From positions 103,258,522 to 103,322,521 of the forward strand of contig NC_057717.1 in the NCBI RefSeq assembly GCF_004010195.1: a stretch of 64,000 nt of DNA. Reading direction: 5' to 3'. The stretch comes from Chiloscyllium plagiosum. Taxonomy: Eukaryota. The notes beneath the pieces are model-generated. The model ran no database searches. It saw nothing but the letters and a program-made list of their open reading frames with translations, and had not been told where the DNA came from. Every line of letters begins with the position of its first letter. The stretch's first letter is position 1. This document shows, one piece after another, positions 1-13,225 of this stretch. The translations under genes and the position numbers were made by a program.

Positions 1-272
1 TAGTGACAGTGGGGTCTGTGGGGGGCGTGTCAGCAGAATGCAGGTGAGTGGCGCTGGTGGGGGCGGAAGTGGTGGCAGACACAGCAGTAGGGGTGGCGGA
101 AGTCACTGAGCGTGTGGCATCGGCAATGATGTGAGGGGCGGAAGTGGCTGTGGGAGTGGCCATGATGGGGGCAGAAGTGACATCATCAATCAGCGTGGGG
201 GTGGTAGCTGCATCAGCCACGTGGCTAATGGCGTTTCCGAGGCCAGGGGAATCTTCTGGAATGTTTGAGGAC
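1..272 (-). mobile_element. Probable Penelope-like retroelement, Thr/Pro/Ala-rich region upstream of the RT, running off the window
   Basis: Open minus-strand frame SSNIPEDSPGLGNAISHVADAATTPTLIDDVTSAPIMATPTATSAPHIIADATRSVTSATPTAVSATTSAPTSATHLHSADTPPTDPTVT, with retained CpGs and an abrupt edge to AT-rich DNA at about 275. Family assignment is from memory of shark Penelope ORFs, not a search. Confidence 0.55.
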
Positions 273-1594
273 CTTACCCACTTAATGATTAATTATTTGA
301 TTATTACATTTTTAATATGTAAAATCCATAGCAAGTGCTATTCGAACCAATGGGTAGATGTTAGCAATGTGTGAATGATAACAAGTAATTTTCCTTCCTT
401 TTTTTTGATGATGAATTGATATGAGTGCCTCAGACTCAAAAGCAACCTAAAAGGAGGTTATTAGGGGATCTTGAGGTGCAGTGTCCCTACCTCTAAGCCA
501 GCTAGGTCCAGGTTCAAGTCTCATTTCCTGCAGAAGTGTGTACTAGCTTCTTTGATTAGCAAACAATTAGAAGGAGGCCATTGGGTCCATCATATCGAGA
601 GCAGTTGAGCCAATTGGCCTCCAAACTCTAGTTCTACCACACCCTTTTTATAACACCCCCCCTCTCTTTAGAAATTTATATAGATAATTGTTCGACAGAA
701 ACAAAATTCTGGGAAAGTCACATCCCCGTATTGTCTCCAATTTACAGCTGGGACGGATTTGAATTAATTTGGAAATGTGTTCACTAGATGGAAATGCAGT
801 TCATTGCCATCATTGGTAAGCCCTAATCAATTCCTCAGCCATTGGCATCACTGTCACACTCACTGCCATTTATAGTAATTGCTTAACCAGGACATTTTGG
901 TGTACATTATCAATATTGAGACTGGCACTTGAAAACACAAAATTCCCAGTTGTATATTGGAGCAAATTCTGATGTAATGTTTTTTGAAAGATTTTTGCTT
1001 TGAACAAATTTAGACTTGGGTCATACCAGTCTAGCCTAATTTGGCTCAAAACTGAATGGTGTGATTTTTCATTCATAGCACAGGAGACCAGTATTTTCAT
1101 CTTGTGCTCGTCACTTAAAGTAATCCCTCTCCCATTATTCCTTCTATAACTTCTGTCCTTGTCTTCACTTCCCTCCCAAGGCACATCTTTCCCTGTCTCC
1201 TCCAACACTGTGACATCTCCAGCCTTCAAATCCTCGGCTCTTAAGCATCTCCAATGTCATTGTACTACTTCTGGCTGAGGTTTGCTATAGCTGCCCAGGA
1301 TCTCAGCTCTGCGATTAATTCCCTAAATGTGTGTCTTGATCTCTCAAACCCACCTGAAAACCTACCCCTTTGGTTGCCTGTGCTCCAATTTCTGTGTTTG
1401 CTCAGTTTTATATATTATTTGAGAGTTCTAAGGCAAAGTGATTTGAGATGTTTTAACCAAGTGCCAGGTGCTATATAAATGCAGGCTACTGGCGTTCTAT
1501 GTGTGTGTGTGTGTATATCAAGAAAGTGCTTGTGCACAGATCAGTTCCCAAGCCCCTTGCTGTAGCCAGACACCTTAACAGCAGCATGACATCT

Positions 1595-2722
1595 CAGTGG
1601 TTAGCACTGCTGCCTCACAGCACTGGGGACCCGGGTTCGATTCCAGCCTCAGGCGACTGTCTGTGTGGAGTTTGACATTCTCCTCATGTCTGTGAGGGTT
1701 TGCTCTGTTTTCCTCCCACAGTCAGATGGGCCGAGGTGTGGCAGATGGAGTTTAGATAACTATGAGGTTCCGCATTTTGGAAAAGCAAATCATGGCAGAA
1801 CTTACAGACTTAATGATAAGGTCCTGGGGAGTGGTGCTGAACAAAGGGATCTTGTGATGGAAGTTCATTTTTCCTTGAAAGTGGAGTCACAGGCAGATAG
1901 GATAGTGAAGATGGTGTTTGGTATGCTTGCCTTTACTGGTCAGTGCATTGAGTCCAGGAGTTGAGAGGTCATGTTGCAGCTGTACAAGCCATTGATTAGG
2001 AAACCTTTGAAGTATTGTGTGCAACTCTGATCTCCCTGCTTTAGGAAGGATGTTGTGAAACTTGAAAGGGTTCAGAAAAGGATAATGCCAGAGTTGGAGG
2101 GTTTGAGCTGCAGGGAGAGGCTGAATAGGCTAGAGCTATTTTCCCCGGAGCATTGGAGGCTGAGGTGAGACATTACAGAGGTTTGTAAAATCATTAGGGG
2201 TATGGATATGGTGAATAGCTAAGGTCTTTTTCTCTCTAAGGTGGGGGATTCTAAAACTAGAGGGCATAAGTTTAAGGTGAGAGGGGAAAGATTTGAAAGG
2301 GACCTATGGGGGAACGTTTTCATGCAGAGGGGGTACGTGCACGGAATGAGCTGCCAGAGGAAGTGGTGGAGACTGGTACAATTACAACATTTAAAAGGCA
2401 TCTGGAACAGAAATGGTTTAGAGGGATATGAATCAAATGCTGGCAAATCAGACTAGATTTATCTAGGATATCTGGTCAGCATGGACAAGTTGAACCGAAG
2501 GGTCTGTTTCCATGCTGTATTTGTATGACTGTATGATTCTATGTGCAGGTTAGGTGAAATAGCCATGCTAAATTGCCCAAAGTCTCCAGGGATGTGGAGT
2601 TTAGGTGGGTTAGACATGGGAAATGTGGGTTATGGGGATAGGTTAGGGAGATGAGTCTGCATGGAATGCTCTTCAGCAAATCAATGTAGACTTGATGGGC
2701 TGAGTGGCCTTTTTCTGTGCTG
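1595..2722 (+). mobile_element. HE1-type tRNA-derived SINE split by a CR1 LINE insertion
   Basis: SINE head (cagtggttagcactgctgcctcacag...gggttcgattcc) runs to 1722 and resumes as atgtgcaggttagg...gccatgctaaattgcc at about 2541. Confidence 0.8.
1723..2540 (+). mobile_element. CR1/HER1-type LINE 3' fragment
   Basis: Decayed RT C-terminus (..SKTRGHKFKVRGERFERD..), 3' UTR gggtctgtttccatgctgta and tail repeat. Confidence 0.9.
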
Positions 2723-2775
2723 TACGTTTCCCATGAGTCCCTCCAGAATAGGTTATTGATCTGCCAAATACTATA

Positions 2776-3630
2776 GTGTGTGTGTGCGCGTGTGTCTGTG
2801 TGTCTGTGTTGTGTGTGTGTCTGTGTATCTGTGTGTATGTGTCTGTGTGTGTCTGCTTGTCTGTGTGTGTGTGTCTCTGTGTGNNNNNNNNNNNNNNNNN
2901 NNNNNNNNNNNNNNNNNNNNNNNNNNNNNNNNNNNNNNNNNNNNNNNNNNNNNNNNNNNNNNNNNNNNNNNNNNNNNNNNNNNNNNNNNNNNNNNNNNNN
3001 NNNNNNNNNNNNNNNNNNNNNNNNNNNNNNNNNNNNNNNNNNNNNNNNNNNNNNNNNNNNNNNNNNNNNNNNNNNNNNNNNNNNNNNNNNNNNNNNNNNN
3101 NNNNNNNNNNNNNNNNNNNNNNNNNNNNNNNNNNNNNNNNNNNNNNNNNNNNNNNNNNNNNNNNNNNNNNNNNNNNNNNNNNNNNNNNNNNNNNNNNNNN
3201 NNNNNNNNNNNNNNNNNNNNNNNNNNNNNNNNNNNNNNNNNNNNNNNNNNNNNNNNNNNNNNNNNNNNNNNNNNNNNNNNNNNNNNNNNNNNNNNNNNNN
3301 NNNNNNNNNNNNNNNNNNNNNNNNNNNNNNNNNNNNNNNNNNNNNNNNNNNNNNNNNNNNNNNNNNNNNNNNNNNNNNNNNNNNNNNNNNNNNNNNNNNN
3401 NNNNNNNNNNNNNNNNNNNNNNNNNNNNNNNNNNNNNNNNNNNNNNNNNNNNNNNNNNNNNNNNNNNNGTTTGTCTGTGCGTCTGTGCCTGTGTGTGTGT
3501 GTGTCTGTATTTGTGTCTGTGTGTGTGTCTGTATTTGTGTCTGTATGTGTGTGTCTTTGTGTGTGTCTGTTTGTCTGTGTGTGTATCTGTGTGTGTGCGT
3601 GTGTCTGTGTGTGTGTCCGTTTGTATGTGT
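2776..3630. repeat. (GT)n/(GTCT)n microsatellite spanning assembly gap 2884-3468
   Basis: Seen directly. Confidence 0.95.
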
Positions 3631-4879
3631 TCACACAGTCACGTACTCCACATCAGGTTAGCTAATTCCTGTTCAGAATTCATTGCATCCTTACCTATCA
3701 TGAGGATGGTGTTAGGAGTCAATGAAAACCAATGGGAGACCCTGCAACTGCTGAGGAAAGAACTGTAGGGGGAGAGAGAAAGAGCAAGAAAAACTGGGTG
3801 TGTGGAGAGAGAGAGAGAGAGACACAAACTGAAAGGGAAATCAGAAACTGGGAAGGAAGAGACACAAAAAAAACAGGAGAGAAAGAAAAATTGGATATTA
3901 GAGCAATGGAAACGGGAGAGATGGAGAATACAAACTGTGAGGGGAACACAAATTCAAGGGAAAAGAGAAAGAAAAACACACAAACTAGGGAAGGCGAGAG
4001 AGAGAAAACCACAAGCTAGCAAAAGGAGAAGAGACATTTGAGAACTGCAGGGAGAGTTAAGGGATAATTCAACCTTTTGTCTAGGAAAAGCTCCTGAGCA
4101 TGTGAATGAGGAACTACATTCAAGACATGTCAAATCCCATTGAGCCAGAGTCTCACTCTGTCAGGCTTCAGAGAATGTCCTCCATTGCTCCTCCATCCCT
4201 TGTAGAGGAAAACCAGTGAAGCTTCACTTCAATGTATGTAGACATATCCCTCAGTCAGTGTTCATGACAGTCTGTGACATACGCTGTTTGCTGCAAAACA
4301 TTGTGCACTACAGGTGTCAGGCAATTAAGCATTGAGCTTGAATCTGCCTCAATCTTGGTGTCACTGGTGGGATGTGGGAGTCAATGAATTCAACAGGATT
4401 TGCTGTTGGCGATATTAATTCTGTAACTTGCTGCGCTTTGCAAAACAGCATACATCTGTGTGAAAATATTAGCTGCATGCTCCTTATACTGATGACGTTC
4501 TCAGTAAGTATTTCCTTGATGTTTTGCACTGCATCAGAACTGCAGGAACACAGCAGCAGTCAGTTTTATTTGAACATTATTTATTCTTAAATCTTTCTGT
4601 GCTCCGGAGCTGCCTTGATCTTTCCCCGATCTTATTCATCTCACTGTAAATATTTTTTTGAAAACAATTACTTGATCAGAGCTTGGTGATAATGAATTGT
4701 TCAGATAAGAGGAATCATTTGTGCAAATGATGGATAAATGCCTTGTGAACGGATTCAATTGAATTGTCCACACAATTTGTTTTTCTACTCATTTCGGGGA
4801 TGTGGGCATCATTGATTAGGCTGTTATTTATTGCCCATGCCTATCTGCCCTTGGTCTGAAATGCTTTCTAAGCTATTTT

Positions 4880-5523
4880 GGAAGATGGCTAAGACAGAAT
4901 ATAGGAAAGAGATTGAGTTCTTAGTGGCGTGGTGTACAGACATCAACCTCTTCATCATCAGCAAAATGAAGGAGCTGGTCATTAACTTCAGGAAGTGGAG
5001 TGGAGGGCACACCCATCTCTGTATCAGTGGGGCTGAGTGGAGATGGTCCAGAGCATCAACTCCCTGGGAGGGATGATCACCCAACAATCTGTCCTGCCCA
5101 ACCCATGTCGATGCAATGATCAAGAAAGCACAACATCTCTAGTTCCTCAGGAGGCTAAGGAAATTCAGCATGTCCATAAAGTCACTTACAAATATTTTTA
5201 TAGCTGCACCATAGAATGTATCCTATCTGGCTGAAGTAACTGCTCTTCCTGAGTCTGGAAGAAACAACAGAGAGTTGTGAACACAGCCCAATCCATCACG
5301 CAACCCAGCCTCCCATGCGTTGACTCCAACTCTACTTCCCACTGCCTCGGGAAAGCAACCAACATAATCAAAGACCCCTCCCACCTCAGTTATACACTCT
5401 TTCACCCTCTTCCATTGGGCAGAAGATGCAGAAGTTTGAATCCACATACAAACAGATTCAAGAACAGCTTTTTCTTTGCTGTTACTAGACTTTTGAATGG
5501 ACCTCTCGAATATTAATTCTTGG

Positions 5524-5563
<40 letters not shown>

Positions 5564-5680
5564 CCTTCTCTGTGGCTGTAGCACTGTATTCTGCACTCTG
5601 TTCTGCTACCCTGATGCACTTTATATGGTATAACACTTTTCACTGCATCTCAGTACCTGTGACAACCATAAATCAAAGTC
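4880..5680 (+). mobile_element. Rex1/Babar-like LINE 3' fragment
   Basis: Decayed RT-distal peptides EYRKEIEFLVAWC..SKMKELVINFRK and HTNRFKNSFF; internal (CT)n; 3' tail ending at about 5680. Confidence 0.7.
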
Positions 5681-6394
5681 AAACCCATTCGACCAAGATG
5701 TTGTCGGTGTCACATGTAGGCCAGATCAGGTAAGGATGGCAGATTTCCTTCGCAAAAGGGCACTAGTGAACGTACATGGGCTCTTATGGCAGTCAACGAT
5801 ATCTTTATGGTCACTATCACTGAGTCAAGCAATCAGTTCTGGATTTTAATTTTTCAATTAAATGTAAACTTCTGTTTGCTGACATTGCTGAATTGCATAA
5901 TCAATGACATTACCGACATTAGCAACCCCATATATATCTCTGGATATCAGGGAGGGTTGGATGTATATGTGCATGTCTATGCACGTCACTGGTGTGTCTT
6001 TTCTGGTGCTAGCTCTGTGTGAGTGTTGAGTGCAGCTATTCTGTGTGTGTGCAAAATGGAAGGACTGAGTATCACTTTCCTTGTGGGCTGTAGCATTGTT
6101 CTGCAGTATGATGCACTTTGTGGTGGGATATCAAGAGCTTAAGGTCTCTACTTTAGAATTGAGCATGGTCATAGTCTAGTAAAGTGATTATGGCGTGGGA
6201 ACAGGCCACAGCGAGATGATGCAGGTGTCGTGATAATGTCACTGGGCGAGTAGTCTGGTATTATGGGTTCATGGCAGTTGGCAGAATTTTAGTTCAGTGA
6301 AGTAAATCTGAAATTTAAAGAAAGCCAGTTTAATGGCAACCCTGCAACGATTATCATAAAAATCTTTCTGGTTCACTAATGTCCTTTTGTGGAA

Positions 6395-6910
6395 GTTCAT
6401 AAGGGTGTAGGAGCAGAATTAGGCCATTTGGACCATCAGGTCTGCTCTGCCATTCAATCGTGGCTGATATACTCCTCACCCCCATTATTCTGCCTTCTCC
6501 CCTTATCCCTTCAACCCAATTACCAATTCGAAATCTGTCCATCTCCCCCTTAACTTTACTCACTGTCTCAGCATTCACCGCACTTTGGGGTAGTAGTTTC
6601 TCCTCATCTCTGTTTCAAACTTGCTGCCCCTTGTCCTAAGAATGTGACCTTTCGTCCCAGAATGTCCCACAAGAGAAAGCATCCACTCCACGTCTATTTT
6701 ATCCACTCCTTTTATCATCTTGAATGCCTCAATTTGTTCTTCCTATATTCTTCTAAATTCCAGAGAGTATAGGCCTACACTGTTCAATCTGTCTTTATAT
6801 GACAAACCCCTCATCTCTGGGATCAATCTTGTGAACCTCCTCTGAACTGCCTCCAATACCACTACATCTTTCCTCAAATAAGGGGACCAAAACTGTGCAC
6901 AATATTGCAA
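6395..6910 (-). mobile_element. Older CR1 LINE 3' fragment
   Basis: Characteristic CR1 3' UTR and RT end on the minus strand (..ggaccaaaactgtgcacaatatt..). Confidence 0.75.
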
Positions 6911-7814
6911 GTGAAGTCATTCTGAAGTGCAATTTTTATCTGGTCTGGCCTACATGTGACTCCAGACCCATAGCAATGTGGTTGTCTCTTAACTGCTCTC
7001 TGGGAAATTAGAGGATGGGCAATAAATACTGGCCTAGTCAGCAACTCCCACAATTCATGAATGGATAATGAAAAATACATTACCCCACTGAATCCATGTC
7101 AGCCCTCTGGAGAGCAATCCGGTCAGTCCAATTCCGTTGCCCCATCTTTGTGGTGCTAAAGCTTCATTTTGTGCCAACGACCTCCCAACTTCCTTCCACT
7201 TCAGCTGTCCCACGGACAACAAATTTCGAGGTCTTTGCCACTCACTGTGGAAAACCAGAAACTTCCTCACATTTAGCCTGAATTTCCTGTGAAATTGTCT
7301 CCCTGAGTCGTTATGACATTATTCAATTGGACCAGTTTTTCTTTGTCTACCTTATCTGAGCCAGTCAAAATCACATTAGACTGCACAGTGGGTTCAAAGG
7401 GCTGAATTGCCTTCTCCTGCTCCTAACTCCTATGTTCCTATAATCTTGCCCACCTGGATGAAATCTCCCTTGCTCCCAGGAGAACTACTTTAGCATTTTC
7501 ACCTGACCTTCCAGTTAAATTCCCTCATCCCTGGAACCATTCTGGTAAACCTCTCCCCAAGCAAGAGCCCTCTCACATAATAATGTAGATGAGGCCCAAT
7601 TGCAGTTCAGAAGCACTCAGCATACTCTTTCCTCCTTTTATATCAATACCCATCTTTAATAGAGCTCAGGACCTCACATGCATTTTCAACAATTTGATGT
7701 CCTGCTACCTCCAAAGAATCATATAACCAAATTTCAGGTCCCTCGGTCCCTGTACACGTCACATTAACACTACCTTGTCTTTTCTTTCTGATAAAATGCA
7801 TCATCTCAAACTTG

Positions 7815-8310
7815 GAGGCATGGAGATATTCAGCACAGAAATGGATCCTTCAGTCCAACTTGTCCAAGCCGACCAGATGTCCTAAATTAATCCAGTCCCA
7901 TTTCCCAGAACTCGGCCCATATCCCTCCAAACCCTTCCTATTCATATATCCATTTAGATGTCTTTTAAATGTTATGCTTGTACCAACCTCCACCACTTCC
8001 TCTGGCAGCTCGTTCCATACACGCACCACCCTCTGCATGAAAGAATTGCCCCTTAGGTCCCTTTTAAATCTTTCCCCTCTCACCTTAAACCTATGCCCTC
8101 TAGTTCTGGACTCCCCTACCCCAGGGAAAAGACCTTGTCTATTTATCTGATACACGCCCCTCATGATTTTATACATCTCTATAAGGTTATCCCTCAGCCT
8201 CCAACACTCCAGGGAAAGCAGCCCCAGCCTATTCTGCCTCTCCCTATAGCTCAAACCCACTAACCCTGGCAACATCCTTGTAAATCATCTCTGAACACTT
8301 TCAACTTTAA
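7815..8310 (-). mobile_element. CR1/HER1 LINE 3' fragment
   Basis: ORF 7850-8275: LSYRERQNRLGLLSLECWRLRDNLIEMYKIMRG..RTRGHRFKVRGERF..WNELPEEVV. Confidence 0.92.
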
Positions 8311-8624
8311 GCTCCTCCATATAAAACACAGTCTGCCACTAACCTGCTCCTTTGAAGTCATCCTGCAATTGTTTGGGATCACCTTCACAGTCAGCCACAC
8401 CAGCAAATTTGGAATCATTGACCCATCTTGAACTTTGTTGAGAGCCAGTTGTCTCTGTCAAACTGATCTGCAGTGTGACTGTGCAGGAGGGGACGAGAGT
8501 GATCTACAAAACCCTTTGCTGCAACTTAGTGGATGTAAGAACACAAGGAGGCCTGGTGATGTGGTGGGCAAAGTCCCTGCCTCTGATTCAGGAGCTCCGT
8601 GTTTAAGTCAGTCCAGAACCTGAT

Positions 8625-8875
8625 AACCCAGGTTCAAATCCTGCCATGGTAGATGGTGGAATTTGCATTAAATAAAAATCTGGAATCATGTTGATTGTTG
8701 TAAAAACCCATCTGGTTCACTAATGTCCTTTAGGGAAGGGAACTGCTGTCTTATCTGGTCTGGCCTACAGGTGACTCCTACAGCAATGTGCTTGACTTTA
8801 ATTCCCTTCTGGGATGGGCAATAAATGTTGGTTATCCAGTGACACCCTCATCCCGTGAATGAGTTAAAAAAAGAC
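8625..8875 (+). mobile_element. tRNA-head SINE with L2-type tail (further copies at about 30655-30930, 35035-35240, 40730-40890, 47215-47510, 50340-50640)
   Basis: ggttcaaatcc B-box, shared body ggttcactaatgtcctttagggaagg, tail gggatgggcaataaatg..atcccgtgaatga. Confidence 0.7.
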
Positions 8876-9924
8876 ATAGGAAGGCGTGTTCAGTAAGCCT
8901 GCTGCGCTTTTCCAGCAACACATTTCCATTTCTGGGATGGGCAATAAATGTTGGTTATCCAGTGACACCCTCATCCCGTGAATGAGTTAAAAAAAGACAT
9001 AGGAAGGCGTGTTCAGTAAGTTCAAGTTGATAAGGTGTGGCACTGGAAAAAACACAGCAGGTCAGACAGCATCTGAGGAGCAAGAGACTAATAGCAGACA
9101 GTGTTTAATATCAAGGAGTTTAAACTTGAAAGGGTTCAGAAAAGATCTACAAGGATGTTGCCAGAGTTGGATGGTTTGAGCTATCAGGAAAGGCTGAATA
9201 GGCTGGGGCTGTTTTCCCTGGAGAAAAAGAATTGGTGTTTTGGGCTTTACCCATCATCAGAATACCCTCAACCAAAGCTTTTTCTCCGGCCTATCCAACA
9301 TTAAGGAGCACAAATACACCAAACTCTCTTGTACTTACCACCAAAGCTGGGCCTCCTCGACCACTCCAGACCCCATTCCCAGCCTCCTCCAATATCCTGC
9401 CCACCTTGAAGAAGTGCTCAGTGGGTTGGTCAGGCTGGTTTTGCATTAACCTGCCAACACAAGCCAATGGCAGGTGGTAAGAGCTGGGCGGGAGGGAGAT
9501 TCATGTGATCAGAAAGAACATTGTAGCCTCTACCATCATTATCCATACCTTTGGAAATGCAAAGGGGCATGTTACCACAGTAACTAGGGCTTATTGACAG
9601 AACTGTAACACAAAAACTAGAGGATGAAGCCATTTGGCCCTTTGAGCCAGTTCTGCCATTCAATTAGAACATTACAAACTATATCTTAATTCCATCCACA
9701 TGTCTTGGTTCTGTAATCCTTTCCTAACAAAGTTTTTAGTTAGTACATAAAATTCCACCTTATGTGAACAAGTATTTCCTGACATTACTCCAAAGAAGAT
9801 TCAGCCTGTCCCAATGAATCCTTGATTTAGACACCTCAGTCAGATCAGCACTGAACATCCTCTTGCTACCCAGTTTCAGGGGGGAAGGGAGGTTGCTATT
9901 GTGGCCTGGAGACTGGGACTGTGG

Positions 9925-10365
9925 GGTTCAGGTCCATCCAGGACAAAGCAACCCACTTGATTGGCACCTCATCCACAATCATCCACTCCCTCCACCATAG
10001 CGCTCAGTGGCAGCATTGTGTACTATCTACAAGATGGACTGCAGAAATTCACCAAAGATCCCCAGGTAGCACCATCCAAACCTACAGCCATTTCCATCTC
10101 GAAGGGCAAGGGCAGCAGGTAAATGGGAACACCACCATCTGCAAGCTCCCCTCCAAGTCACTCCCCATCTTCATTTGGAAATATATTGCTGTTCCTTCAC
10201 TGTCACTCAGTCAAAATCCTGGAATTCCCTCCCTAAGGGCATTATGGGTTAACCCACAGCGGTTCAAGAAGGCAGCTCACCCCCACCTTCTCAAGGGGCA
10301 ATTAGGGACGGGCAATAAATGCTGGGCCCAGCCAGCGACAACCCCATCCCACAAATGAATAAATT
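9925..10365 (+). mobile_element. L2-type LINE 3' fragment (related copies on minus strand at about 33345-33575 and 52040-52780)
   Basis: IQDKATHLIGT..IHSLHH..RFKKAAHPHLLKG peptide and the gggcaataaatgctgg tail. Confidence 0.75.
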
Positions 10366-10683
10366 AATTTTAAAAATTAGGTCCTACCTGCCTCTAGAGT
10401 TGCCATAACATGTCAGAAGAGGTTGACTAGGAATAATTAAGTCTGTGTGAACTGGCATCAAAAGGTAACTTGATTAGTCCTGTTGCTCACTAATTAGGTG
10501 CAGCCACAGATATTCCAGATGGCTTTGCATGCTTACAATATTTCTGACTTAATTTCTAACACAGAGATTCTCCACAGCAGTGTGTGTGTGTGTGTGCAAA
10601 TATTGCCCAGACGTCAAAGCGTTAAATGCAACCTCGTCTCCAACAGATCTCATCTCTCTCTCTCTACTTTTCTTTGCTCAGAC

Positions 10684-10691
10684 TGACGTCA
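10684..10691. promoter_or_regulatory. Full palindromic CRE (TGACGTCA) about 290 bp upstream of the OLFM2 ATG
   Basis: Exact consensus in unique sequence. A second GACGTCA lies at about 10610-10616. Function is inferred only. Confidence 0.45.
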
Positions 10692-10720
10692 GGGTCTGAC
10701 TGTCTGTGGGTGGGTGTGTG

Positions 10721-10751
<31 letters not shown>

Positions 10752-10786
10752 TGTGTGGTGTGGTTTTGAAGGCTGGTGTTGTTTAG

Positions 10787-11179
<393 letters not shown>

Positions 11180-11611
11180 TAACCAGTGTTTTTTTTATAT
11201 ATATTTTGCGTCTGTATCATTAGGGAAGACTTTTGTAAAAAAAAAGCTGCAAAATGTTCCTCATTAAAGCGCCGTGCAGGCTGGTGATGAATCATTCAAT
11301 TCTTTTATTCTAAGTGCGGAGCTGCTCACTGTTTTCGTTCTGAAAGTTGCTGGATCATTCAGGCTCCTGGGAAGTGGGATGCTTCATGTTTGCAAATCCC
11401 CAGGGGGCTTTTGTTTTTATCCGTTCCTTGGTGGTAGCAGTTTTCAATGTCCACGCGGGTTAACTTTAAAACAGAACGCTTCTTGGGCGGGGTGGGGTGG
11501 GGGTAAGTATTTTGTAAAGTGGGAGATGCCCAGTTTATTTCAGTGTCCCACCAGAACTAATCGTTGGAAATTTTTTGGCTTTTCCCCGAGCAATTCCTCT
11601 CTTTTCTCTCA

Positions 11612-11740
11612 GCGCTGAGGAAGGGTCACTGGACCCGAAACGTTAACTCTGATTTCTTTCCCCAGATGTTGCCAGACCTGCTGAGCTTCTCCAGCAATTT
11701 CTGTTCTTGTTTCTGATTTCCAGCGTCCTCTGTTTTTAAC
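11612..11740 (+). mobile_element. Penelope-derived terminal repeat with hammerhead-like core
   Basis: CTGAGGA-A-GGGTC-ACTG-GACCC-GAAA-CGTT followed by gccagacctgctgagcttctccagc..tttccagc. A decayed relative lies at about 46010-46150. Confidence 0.7.
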
Positions 11741-11744
11741 ATTT

Positions 11745-13225
11745 AGCTTCTCTCTCTCTCTGTCTGTCTCCTTCCTTCCTTGCAGGTTTATCCACCCTCA
11801 CTTTTCCCTTTCATCTGAGCACCTTCATCATTTCCAAACCCCTGCTCCCTGATTTTTCCTCTTTTTAATTTTTATTGTCTCTGTCCAGTACGTGCCACTC
11901 TCCCCCTCCCCCAATGTGTTGGCTTGTACCTTGTTATATTACTTACCTCTGGCTGAGATTTCCCCAGCGTTTCTCTCCCCTCAATGTTATTTTCCAATAC
12001 TCCCCCCTCTCTCCATGTCTACATAATGTCCTCTCTCTCTCTCCCCTCCCATTATGTAACATACTGTGTTTGTCTGTTTGTCTCTCTCTTCCAATATATA
12101 ATGTTTTTTTCTCTCTCTCTCTCCTACTATTGAATGTTCTCTCTATCTCCCAGTATATAATACATTCTTTCCCTCCTGCATGTAACATTCTTTCTCTTGA
12201 CTCTCTCTCCTAATGTGTTATATACTCCCTCTCTGTCTCTCTCCCTCTCTCTCCCCCCAGTATGTAACATTCTCTCTCGCCCGTTTAATGCTCTCTTTCT
12301 GCCTCTCCATTACTGAACATTTCCCCTCTCTCGCTAATATTTTTTTTCACCTCATTCCACTTGTCTCATTTGCATTTATAAGTTTTTTTTAATATGATCT
12401 GTTTCATTAAATGATCCTATTTTTCAAGCTCAGATGTACTCGTGAGCAAAGAATCAAGTCCCTAAATGTGAAATTGTAGAGTCTGAAATGGAAGGATTGG
12501 GTTGAGATGTGAGAAACTGGATTTATTCAAAAATAAAGATCAAAAGATGTCTGACAGCAAAACTGCAGAAGTTCTTAAAGTCTTAAAGGTGACGGTGAAG
12601 CGGAGCAAATATTTACATGAGTGATGTTTGCTGTTATTATGTTCAGAAAGGTTGGGTACTATTTTGATTTAGCCATTCATATCTCAGCCTCAGGGTGTGC
12701 AGTTTAATGGCAAGTATTTGTAATCTCACTGACTGCAATGATGGTATCAGAGACATTAATAACATACCCAAATGATATTATTTTGAAGATATAGGATAGT
12801 GAATTTTTGTGGTTTATTTTATTATGAGTTTTTTTTAAAGAAAAACCTTTTAGTGTCAATTTACTGGTCTACCTCCTCCAGGGTTTGCTTTTTCTATGCT
12901 TGTATGGTCTTGTCAGTATCTGTTTCTTTCTCAATCTCTTCAACATTACCTTTCCCTCTATTTGGCGTTGTCTTTCCTCTCACACAAACATTTTTCTCTC
13001 CCTATGTCTCTCCATTTCTCTCTTACTCTGTTTCACTTTCCCTCTATCTCTATTTTCTCTTTCTTTCTGTTGCTTTCTTTTTTCTGTCTTTCTCTCTATC
13101 TTTTTGTTTTCTCCCTTTCAGTTTCTCCTATCTCTCTCTCTGTTTATTTTTCTCTCTCCACATCTCTTTCTCCCTGTCCGATTTTTTCCTCTCTCTCCTA
13201 CTCTCCAATATTTCTTCTTATTCCT
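11745..13225. repeat. Pyrimidine-rich low-complexity tracts (about 11745-12340 and 12890-13225)
   Basis: (CT)n-rich. These tracts explain the Leu/Ser/Phe-rich ORFs in the track. Confidence 0.85.

Noticed and set aside
60..180. Four GGC(G/A)GAAGT ETS-like motifs suggesting a promoter
   Set aside because: They are the repeated Thr-Ser-Ala codons of the minus-strand retroelement frame.
870..1229. 119-aa minus-strand ORF in unique sequence
   Set aside because: No recognisable domain, non-ATG start, no splice support.
2771..3768. Long ORFs of 287-330 aa
   Set aside because: Artefacts of a (GT)n microsatellite plus an N gap.
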